From positions 1 to 15,193 of the forward strand of contig NZ_JAYKGW010000038.1 in the NCBI RefSeq assembly GCF_035285525.1: 15,193 nucleotides of DNA. Reading direction: 5' to 3'. The notes under the pieces were generated by a model that had not been told where the DNA came from, did not search any database, and worked only from the letters and a program-made list of their open reading frames with translations. The DNA comes from Okeania sp. GTDB lineage: Bacteria > Cyanobacteriota > Cyanobacteriia > Cyanobacteriales > Microcoleaceae. The position numbers were made by a program, and so were the translations under genes. Within the stretch, counting starts at the first letter, position 1. Each line of letters begins with the position of its first letter. Below are positions 8,374 to 15,193 of the stretch, one piece after another.

Positions 8374-8477
8374 AGTCTTTCTCGTCTACCTTCAACAATT
8401 TCTCCTTCTATTTTATTCCTAGTTATTTTACGTTTGGAAGGCATCTGAAGACGAATTTCTTGTAATTTTTTACCCAT
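8370..8477 (-). CDS. 35-aa ORF upstream of the PIN gene (possible antitoxin or antitoxin remnant)
   Basis: 'MGKKLQEIRLQMPSKRKITRNKIEGEIVEGRRERL'. Its TGA overlaps the PIN GTG start (GTGA), as in translationally coupled toxin-antitoxin pairs. It is too short for the ORF track and no homology was recognised. Confidence 0.3.
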   Translation of the reverse strand: MGKKLQEIRLQMPSKRKITRNKIEGEIVEGRRERL

Positions 8478-8489
8478 GAAAAACTAACC

Positions 8490-8599
8490 TAAAAAAAAGA
8501 GCTACTATTTTCCTATAATACCAATCTAATATAAGAATATAACAACTTTTTCTAGTTGTCAAGTGTGATCGCTATGAAATTACCAAAAATTCCTGGAGT
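8490..8599. repeat. 110-bp direct repeat, copy R2
   Basis: Second copy of 7841-7950, lying immediately upstream (minus-strand sense) of the small ORF and PIN pair. Confidence 0.9.
8534..8562 (-). promoter_or_regulatory. sigma70-like promoter motif within repeat R2
   Basis: On the minus strand: TTGACA (8562-8557), a 17-nt spacer, then TATTCT (8539-8534). An alternative -10, TATATT, has a 15-nt spacer. The motif lies about 57 nt upstream of ATG 8477. The same motif occurs in R1 at about 7884-7912. Confidence 0.35.
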
Positions 8600-8672
8600 A
8601 ATTTCAAAAAGCAATATTTCCTTCTGCTTCCCCCCTTTGAAAGCGAGGGAGGATTTCCTCATTATTCAGACA

Positions 8673-9731
8673 TCATATAACTGCATCCAACAATAAATCA
8701 GCACCAAAACGCACAGGATCGGTACAAGGTAAACCAGTTTCTGTTTCCACTTCAGCGATCGCCTTTTTAGCTGCCACTTCATCTAAATGAAAAGTATTCA
8801 TCGCAATACCCCTAACTCTTGCTGGTTGCAAAGCACCACCCGCAGCAGCCACCATTTCATAAAGTTGAACCACTATTGACAAAGGCGGAATCAATACCTG
8901 GGGATGATTGCGAACATGAGTTTGATTGGCACGATGCACCAAAATTAAATCAGTAGGTTGGGTACCACGCAATAATGGCAGAGTAGCAGTAGACCCCGGA
9001 TGCAATAAAGAACCTTGCCCTTCAACAATAAGCAAATCATGGATATTCCCAAACTCCATAATCATTTGTTCCACAGCACCAGCAGCAAAATCAACCCGCA
9101 CCGCATCCAACGCAATACCATCTCCCGCAATCATCAAACCCGTTTGTCCTGTAGCCAAAAATTTAGAATTGATACCTCGACGTTGAGCAACTCGATTTAG
9201 TTCTAAGCTGGTAGACATTTTGCCGATCGCCATATCTGTCCCCACCGTTAAAACCCTCTGACAAGAAAGTGTTCTAGCTTTCCCACTAGCAATAGTTAAT
9301 CCTTGAGGTTCCTGACGCACATCCCATACCCATTGCGTTTCTCGTAATAGTGGTACAATATCAGCATGATTAGCGAGTGGAGTATGCAAACCGTTGACAA
9401 CCGATAACCCAGAAGCAACTGCTGCCTTGATTTCTCCCCACCATTCATCAGGTAAAGCACCACCAGAAGGAGCAATACCAATGACCAATATTTCTGGTTG
9501 AAAAGAGATCGCTTCCGTAACAGAAGCAACTATCGGAAGATAACGAGAAATTTTAGTAAGTTCCGGCAATGATTTTCCAGCAGACTGGCGATCGATGACA
9601 GCAACAATTTCTGCTTGACTATAACGCAATAGTGATAAACCTGTTTTACCACCCACACCATTGATACCATTATGTAGCAAAATTGCTATTTTACCATTTT
9701 TAACTTTTGATTGTGGATTTTCTGTAGTCAT
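8673..9731 (-). CDS. DUF1611-like protein (DgcN-type family suspected)
   Basis: Intact 352-aa ORF. 'KIAILLHNG...GGKTGLSLLRY', 'LVIGIAPSGG', 'GTDMAIGKMSTSLEL' and 'IVEGQGSLLHPG' match my recollection of DUF1611 proteins. The family call is from memory only. Confidence 0.6.
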   Translation of the reverse strand: MTTENPQSKVKNGKIAILLHNGINGVGGKTGLSLLRYSQAEIVAVIDRQSAGKSLPELTKISRYLPIVASVTEAISFQPEILVIGIAPSGGALPDEWWGEIKAAVASGLSVVNGLHTPLANHADIVPLLRETQWVWDVRQEPQGLTIASGKARTLSCQRVLTVGTDMAIGKMSTSLELNRVAQRRGINSKFLATGQTGLMIAGDGIALDAVRVDFAAGAVEQMIMEFGNIHDLLIVEGQGSLLHPGSTATLPLLRGTQPTDLILVHRANQTHVRNHPQVLIPPLSIVVQLYEMVAAAGGALQPARVRGIAMNTFHLDEVAAKKAIAEVETETGLPCTDPVRFGADLLLDAVI

Positions 9732-9903
9732 AATTTTATTTTCTCACTTGTAACACAGGCATCTTGCCTGTCATAACTGAAATTATAACCACTAAATACT
9801 CTATTCTGACTCCGGTGTTGCGGAATTGAAGTATGAATGTAGGATTGTTTGATTTTGCTCAAGCGCCCTATAACCGAAATTTTGGCGACTTTCAGAGTTT
9901 TGT

Positions 9904-9965
9904 CCCCCCCCTTTGGAAGGCAGGGCTGTTTCATTCTCACTCTAGGTATAGAATTATAGAGTAAA
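9904..9965. repeat. 62-bp inverted repeat, left copy
   Basis: It is the reverse complement of 12607-12668. The 45-nt stretch 'cagggctgtttcattctcactctaggtatagaattatagagtaaa' matches exactly, and the C-rich 'cccccctttggaagg' part matches imperfectly. Confidence 0.9.
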
Positions 9966-10528
9966 AAAGAGATTTAGTTGGTAAAATTGCGAAATATACC
10001 TAAATATACCTAAATATATGGAAAAAACTCTGATTGATTACCTGAAAGAAATACCTGATTTTCGCGATTCAAAGGGTTGTCGTCATCCTTTATGGTTGGT
10101 ACTTTTAATTGTTATAATGGGAATAATGAGTGTTAGCAGGGGTTATAGACAGTTAGGCAGATTTACACCAACGGCATCGTTTGACTTTGATTAAACTACT
10201 TAATATTCCTCAAGCTCGTGTCCCCTCTTATTCAACTATTAGAAGAGTCATGGTACATACCGACTACCAAAAATTACAAATTGCTTTTAATAAATGGAGT
10301 CAACAATATAGTCTCATCAGGTCAAAAGAATGGGTATCAATAGATGGAAAAAGTCTGAAAAATACTGTTCACAATTCTGATAAATCAGAACAAAACTTCA
10401 TTAATTGTGTATCAGTATTTAGCCATGAAAGAGGGTGGGTTTTAGGTATAAAAATCTTTGAGAATAAACAAGAAAGTGAAATTACAATTGTGAGAAAATT
10501 ATTATAAATATTAGACTTAAAGGGAGTA

Positions 10529-11706
10529 AGCTATCATGCATTTAAACTGCATTGACAGCATTACCTTTATTTTTAAGTTTTCGCCCCCAATTGATAATTA
10601 ATTCTCCTTCATTCAATAATTTATGAACCAGTGCTTCTAGTTCTTCAATTGAACTAAATAGTCGATTAGAAATAAACTCCTTAGCCGAGTGCCACACCAA
10701 TTCTATTAAATTGTAATCTGGACTATATTCAGGTAAAAACTCCAGAACTAAATTCGGCATTTCGGCTTTGATTTTGTCGAGGGTTTCTTTTTTTTTATGT
10801 ATGCTTGCATTATCTAAAATTATCACTATCTTGGGGCCATTTTTTTCAAAATCTTTAATGTTTTTATCTGCTCCTGCCCATTCATACTGCAATTCTCTAT
10901 AAAAATCTTTCAAAACTTGATAAAATCCTTCCCCATTGCCTTTGGCTAAAAAATCCACTCGTCTTTTTTGATCTGAGAAGCGCAAAGCCCCCATGACATT
11001 AAATCTCCCTTTTTTCCTTTGGCCACTTACTTTTTGGCGCTTACCTTTTTTGGTCCATTTTTTACGTCTTATAACTCTTGAACTAAATCCACATTCGTCC
11101 CAAAACCATACCTGGAGACGTTCTGGGGATTCTTTGGTAATTTTTAAATACTCATATAGTAGGGCTTGAAACAGTTCTCTTTTTTCAGGGTCTTGTCTGT
11201 CCTCTAAGCTATATTTAGCCGACAGATACACATACTTTTTTTCCTTTAAAATCCTCGTTATTTGACTAGAACTCAAAGAAATACCAGTCTCCTGTTCTAA
11301 GTAAATAGCTAATCTTTTAGCTGTCCATTTTCCAAATTCATAACCAAATTCTTGCGGCTCTTTGTCTATGACTTCAAGCAACAAAGCAATATATTGCTCT
11401 GTTGCTTTACGATAATTACCAGACATTCTTTGATCCTTAAAACTCTCCAGATTATCTGGGTCAGCATGAACACACCAATAAGCGACTTTTCGCAAGGAAC
11501 AGCCTAGAAAATTTGCTATTTCTTTTTGAGTTTTTCCATCGTTTTGTAATAGAATTATCAAAATGCGCTCTCTAACATATGAATGTTCGTGGTTCTTCTG
11601 ATGGCGTTGTAAGTTCGTTTTCTGCTCTGGTGTTAAATAATTTTTTATTGGCATAATCCTTTGACAACTCTAAATTCATTATATGCTATTTAGATGCACG
11701 ACAGCT
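10529..11706 (-). mobile_element. IS630-family insertion sequence (about 1.18 kb) with TA target duplication
   Basis: Terminal inverted repeats 'agctatcatgcatttaaactgcat' (10529-) and the reverse complement of '...atgctatttagatgcacgacagct' (-11706) match at about 19 of 24 positions. The element is flanked by TA at 10527-10528 and 11707-11708. Removing the element and one TA restores the host frame '...LKGV|VFTLDA'. Confidence 0.88.
10542..11654 (-). CDS. IS630/Tc1-mariner family DDE transposase (intact)
   Basis: 370 aa with an N-terminal HTH region, then 'VWFWDECGF', 'IILDNASIHK' and 'YSPDYNLIELVW', giving DD(34-35)E spacing. Confidence 0.92.
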   Translation of the reverse strand: MPIKNYLTPEQKTNLQRHQKNHEHSYVRERILIILLQNDGKTQKEIANFLGCSLRKVAYWCVHADPDNLESFKDQRMSGNYRKATEQYIALLLEVIDKEPQEFGYEFGKWTAKRLAIYLEQETGISLSSSQITRILKEKKYVYLSAKYSLEDRQDPEKRELFQALLYEYLKITKESPERLQVWFWDECGFSSRVIRRKKWTKKGKRQKVSGQRKKGRFNVMGALRFSDQKRRVDFLAKGNGEGFYQVLKDFYRELQYEWAGADKNIKDFEKNGPKIVIILDNASIHKKKETLDKIKAEMPNLVLEFLPEYSPDYNLIELVWHSAKEFISNRLFSSIEELEALVHKLLNEGELIINWGRKLKNKGNAVNAV

Positions 11707-12321
11707 TAGTTTTTACTCTTGATGCAATACACATTGTCAAAAAAAACAGTGGCCAAAATAATTGATAGTCAAAACGATCCTACAAGTTAAAGTAAAAAAG
11801 AATCAACCCAAGTTGTATAAACAAATAGAGCAGCAGACTAAATCAACTCAAGTAGTAAAAAGGTATGTTGAGCAAGAAAAAACTAGAAATCGTTATACGA
11901 TTAGACAAGTAGAAATTTTTAATATACCAGAAAATATCCAGGATGTCTGGAAAGGTGCAAGTTCTATGATTAGAGTTAAGCGCAGTAGTAATCGTGGGTC
12001 AAAATTGGTAGAAAGTATTAGTTACTATCTTTGTTCACTCTCACCAAAATCTACCACTCTAGCTTCAGGTATTCGAGGACATTGGTTAATTGAAAATCGA
12101 CTTCATTGGGTAAAAGATGTAATTTTAGAAGAAGATTATAGTCCTCAAAAATCAGGGTTTTCTGCCATAAATTTCTCAATTGTCAAAACTTGGGTGTTAA
12201 CCCTACTCAGAATACATGGTTGGGCTGGAATTAAAGCAGGGATATCAGACTTAAGTAATAATCTTAAATATATACTTTCTGTTTGTACTTAGGTATGAAA
12301 TAAAATCCATTTCTGAGACAG

Positions 12322-12576
12322 AATCAATAGAAGTGGCAATATTAATGCGATCGCATTAATATTACGGTCTGTCAAACGACATTCGAGACCTATAGATTGT
12401 GGCTATCCCTCTCCTTTGCATAGCCAAAAAAATGGCCAATTAAGCTAATAATCAATAGAAGTGACAATAGCAATGCGATCGCATTAATACTACGGTCTGT
12501 CAAACGACATTCGAGACCTATAGATTGTGGCTATCGCTCTCCTTTGCATATCCAAAAAATGGCCAATTAAGCTAAT
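12322..12576. repeat. tandem duplication, 2 x ~128 bp, each unit centred on a HIP1 palindrome
   Basis: Unit 1 is 12322-12449 and unit 2 is 12450-12576, near-identical. Unit 1 contains a perfect 26-bp palindrome 'aatattaatgcgatcgcattaatatt' (12338-12363). In unit 2 it is reduced to a 14-bp palindrome (12472-12485). Each unit also has the hairpin 'tggctat-N13-atagcca' followed by an A-run. Confidence 0.92.
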
Positions 12577-12606
12577 ATTGGGGAAAATTTATGGCAAAAT
12601 CTACCC

Positions 12607-12668
12607 TTTACTCTATAATTCTATACCTAGAGTGAGAATGAAACAGCCCTGCCCCTTTGAAAGGGGGG
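12607..12668. repeat. 62-bp inverted repeat, right copy
   Basis: Reverse complement of 9904-9965. It contains a TATAAT hexamer (12613-12618). Confidence 0.9.
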
Positions 12669-12716
12669 CTAGGGGGAAAAATCATACCTATAATCAGCAA
12701 CGCCTAAAATTTGATA

Positions 12717-13649
12717 TTATTCATCAACTCGATACCCCAACTCTGCCAACCGAATGCGAGACTGTCGCCACTTAGGCTGTACTTTCACAAATAGCTCCAA
12801 ATAAACCTTACCCGCAATCAACTTTTGAATTTGTTGACGTGCTGCACTACCAATAGCTTTTAACATATTTCCACCCTTGCCAATAATAATTCCTTTCTGA
12901 GATGAACGTTCAACATTAATAGTCGCCAGAATACGAGTAATACTTGGCTCTTCATCCACTCTATCAATAGCGATCGCAACCGAGTGGGGTACTTCCTCAC
13001 GAGTCAGCAATAATATTTGTTCCCTGATTAATTCTCCCATAATAAAGCGTTCTGGTTGATCTGTTACTAAGTCAGGAGGATAATAATAAGGTCCTGTTTC
13101 CAAATTTTCGATCAACAAATTTTGCAGCACTTCCACTCCTTCCCCTGTCAGAGCAGAAAATTTAACTATTTGCCAAGAGTGAGAAGAAATTAACTGATAA
13201 TAACTAGCTTCTATTTCTTGATAATCTGTAGGTTGTAAATCTAACTTGTTCATACCTATAACCACAGGTATCTCAACTCTGTTCAGTAAATCTATAATGT
13301 AGCGATCGCCTCCACCTGCTACTACCGAGCCATCTACTACCAGCAAAACTAAATCAACAGACTGAATAGCTACTTTAGCATTTTGAACCAATACCTTTCC
13401 TAGTTGGTGGTGAGGTTTATGAATACCTGGAGTATCAACAAAAATTATCTGCGCTGCTTCCGTAGTCAAAATACCACGCAAACGATTACGAGTAGTTTGA
13501 GCAACTGGAGAAGTAATAGCAATTTTTTGTCCCACCAGTTGATTCATTAAAGTAGATTTACCAACATTAGGTCTCCCTATGATACCAACAAACCCTGATT
13601 TAAACCCCGCAGGTGCTACGGGAATAGTTATATTAGAAGACAATTCCAT
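12717..13649 (-). CDS. era: GTPase Era
   Basis: 'GFVGIIGRPNVGKSTLMNQL' (G1), 'TTRNR', 'DTPGIH' (G3), 'NKLD' (G4) and a C-terminal KH region 'ERSSQKGIIIGKGGNMLKAIG'. 310 aa. Confidence 0.95.
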   Translation of the reverse strand: MELSSNITIPVAPAGFKSGFVGIIGRPNVGKSTLMNQLVGQKIAITSPVAQTTRNRLRGILTTEAAQIIFVDTPGIHKPHHQLGKVLVQNAKVAIQSVDLVLLVVDGSVVAGGGDRYIIDLLNRVEIPVVIGMNKLDLQPTDYQEIEASYYQLISSHSWQIVKFSALTGEGVEVLQNLLIENLETGPYYYPPDLVTDQPERFIMGELIREQILLLTREEVPHSVAIAIDRVDEEPSITRILATINVERSSQKGIIIGKGGNMLKAIGSAARQQIQKLIAGKVYLELFVKVQPKWRQSRIRLAELGYRVDE

Positions 13650-13922
13650 TTTAGGATTTTTTTGTACTTTTGTTTCCCAGATATATATGTTAATGTAGAT
13701 TTACATCTCATTTAAAAGCAATATAGCTAATATAATAGATGAAGTAATACCAAATCCGGTTATTAAAAAGTTATTTTTAGCTCTGACTCTCTCATCCTTT
13801 TGCTTCCCCCTTTTCAAAACTATCCCCTATAGAACCCCTAAGGGTATCTTTCATATATTATAATTGGCTCTATTGGGTAATTTCTGCCCTCATTTCAAAT
13901 AATTTTATATTTTACAATCCTG

Positions 13923-14656
13923 TTAAATCTTTATTCTAGTTATTTTCATGGAATCGGCACTGTCATCTAGAACAAACTGTCCAGCAACTTCCCTTAAATA
14001 CTCATCGGTTGCGTTTCTACAGCTATCCCAATCATAATAATCATCAAGAATTATGCTGCCCCCCACTACAAGGTTGGGAAAAATACGTCTTAACCAGGTA
14101 ATCACAGGATCATACCAATCAACATCAATATGTACACATGCAACTGATTGCTTGATTGGCAACGTATCCTGAAGCAAACCTTTAACCAAAGTCACACATT
14201 TTTCCTCACAATCTATGCCAAAACTCTCCAAATTTGATTGAACGACCTTATATAAATCCTCCTCATAACCATAGTATTTATCCCCTCCGATTCCCTTAGA
14301 TTTTCCTTCTTCAATTATCTTATAGCGATCATGCACGTCCTTAGTATCTTCTTTTGTAGGTGGTGGAATCATTCCAAATACATCATAAATATATAGTGGA
14401 GTTTTTGAGCTTTTTAGGGTTGCAAGCAAAATTTAAGAGCCACCAAGCGCACAACCTGCTTCAATAAAAATACCTGGTAGCTTGGCCTTTTCAATTGAAC
14501 GACATATACTCGCAATGCCAGCTAGTTTCTGATCTGACAAATATGTAAGCCTTCTTGACTTAATACAAGATATCAATTCACTGTCTTCGGGAGCTAATTT
14601 AGGTAGTAACAGTTTTGTGTTAAATTTTTCATATATTTCTTGAAAGATTGAAGCAT
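13923..14656 (-). pseudogene. TylF/MycF-like class I SAM-dependent methyltransferase, disrupted
   Basis: The track ORF 13923..14429 ('HIDVDWYDPV...GGSIILDDYYDW') continues upstream in the same frame as '...KLPGIFIEAGCALGGS' but is cut by an in-frame TAA (complement of 14433-14435). The only upstream ATG (14656) is in another frame, 'MLQSFKKYMKNL...', which stops at 14594-14596. This implies an additional frameshift within 14597-14650. Confidence 0.7.
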
Positions 14657-14878
14657 ACTTTCTTCCTTTGAGATTTACTTAAAAGACAACTTTAATAATT
14701 ATGCTGTTCCAAAATTGGCATTTTTGGAGAGGTCTATTATTAAAAGAATGAAAGATAACTATAGTTGTCTAGAACTTGGCCACATTATTTGCGGTCATTT
14801 TTTCTAGTTTGGGTAAAGTTACATTTATTTATTCCATAACATTAATGCTCTGTTAGCAAAAATAATATGAATACACTA

Positions 14879-14929
14879 CCAAAAACAACAAAGCATCTTT
14901 CCCATATATCAGAATCAGAAAGATGCTTT
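14879..14929 (-). terminator. rho-independent terminator downstream of 5S rRNA
   Basis: Perfect 12-bp stem 'aaagcatctttc' (14890-14901) and 'gaaagatgcttt' (14918-14929) with a 16-nt loop. On the minus strand it is followed by GUUGUUUUUGG. Confidence 0.7.
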
Positions 14930-14941
14930 ATTAAATATTAC

Positions 14942-15058
14942 CCTGGCATCGAGCTATTTTCACGTGGGGCAACCCCCAAAATATCTTCGCCAGCGCTAAG
15001 TTTCACTTCCGAGTTCGAGATGGGTCGGAGTGGTTCCATAGCCTCATAGACACCAGGA
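14942..15058 (-). rRNA. rrf: 5S ribosomal RNA
   Basis: The reverse complement reads 'tcctggtgtctatgaggctatggaaccactccgacccatctcgaactcggaagtgaaac...gctcgatgccagg', typical of cyanobacterial 5S. Ends are accurate to a few nt. Confidence 0.93.
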
Positions 15059-15111
15059 ATATCTAGAAACCCAGAAGGCTGCATAGTATGAAAGTCAAAG
15101 TCTTGAGTTAG

Positions 15112-15193
15112 AGATCAAGTCCTCGGTCTGTTAGTATGTCTAGGCTCCATACATTGCTGCACTTCCACCTAACACCTATTAACGGGTCGTCTT
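15112..15193 (-). rRNA. rrl: 23S ribosomal RNA, 3' terminal fragment (runs off the window)
   Basis: The reverse complement 'aagacgacccgttaataggtgttaggtggaagtgcagcaatgtatggagcctagacatactaacagaccgaggacttgatct' aligns with the conserved 23S 3' end (E. coli GAAGACGACGACGTTGATAGGCCGGGTGTGTAAGCGCAGCGATGCGTTGAGCTAACCGGTACTAATGAACCGTGAGGCTTAACC). Confidence 0.88.

Larger units (their letters stand above)
10018..12292 (+). pseudogene. ISAs1-family (H-repeat-associated) transposase, frameshifted and split by an IS630 insertion
   Basis: N-terminus 'MEKTLIDYLKEIPDFRDSKGCRHPLWLVLLIVIMG' (10018-). A frameshift at about 10165-10185 leads into track ORF 10181..10507 ('PSYSTIRRVM...WVSIDGKSL'), which has an in-frame TAA at 10505-10507. 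The IS630 insertion is at 10527/10528. The gene resumes with 'VFTLDAIH...' plus further frameshifts at about 11735-11785, and the C-terminus is 'IRGHWLIENRLHWVKDVILEED' (track ORF 11762..12292). Confidence 0.8.

Noticed and set aside
8926-9529. Three ORFs (8926..9186 +, 9015..9200 +, 9296..9529 -) overlapping the DUF1611-like gene
   Set aside because: All are embedded in the 352-aa minus-strand CDS, which has coherent conserved-looking motifs. Their translations are low-complexity.
9728-9940. 70-aa minus-strand ORF upstream of the DUF1611-like gene, and its partner ORF 12527..12775 on the plus strand
   Set aside because: Both get their shared 'RMKQPC' peptide simply by reading through the two copies of the 62-bp inverted repeat. 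The second also overlaps the 3' end of era. They are repeat-derived, not genes.
12322-12576. Possible CRISPR array (also considered for the heptamer arrays and the 'aaatatacct' x2.5 repeat at 9993-10017)
   Set aside because: The units abut directly with no unique spacers. Unit sizes (7, 10 and 128 bp) are wrong for CRISPR, and there are no cas genes in the window.
14867-15049. 60-aa plus-strand ORF
   Set aside because: It runs through the rrn terminator hairpin and the 5S rRNA gene on the opposite strand, so it is spurious.

Overview
AT-rich chromosomal segment that looks like a filamentous (Nostocales-type) cyanobacterium. This is inferred from many HIP1 octamers (GCGATCGC), STRR-like heptamer arrays, small hairpin repeats, and Anabaena/Nostoc-like UreA/UreB/PriA/Era proteins. 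Intact genes: ureA, ureB, a 334-aa ORF with QW-like motifs, priA, a DUF1611-like gene, era, and an IS630-family transposase. The right edge holds the 3' end of an rrn operon on the minus strand (23S 3' end, 5S, terminator). The window is unusually eroded. Decayed genes are an ABC/AAA_21-like ATPase (four in-frame stops and one frameshift), a frameshifted PIN/VapC gene, an ISAs1-family transposase split by the intact IS630 element, and a TylF-like methyltransferase with an in-frame TAA. Best candidate for an undescribed system: the two-gene module at 276-1977, a Septu/PARIS-style ATPase followed 5 nt later by a small intact PIN-like ORF. The ATPase is no longer functional here. Other points of interest: an in-frame repeat-derived insertion with a perfect hairpin inside priA; a PIN cassette bracketed by 110-bp direct repeats carrying a promoter-like motif; a 2 x 128-bp tandem repeat built around a HIP1-centred palindrome; 62-bp inverted repeats enclosing the nested IS region; and a urease cluster lacking ureC and ureD. 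No CRISPR array or tRNA was seen. All family assignments come from motif recognition by eye, not database searches.
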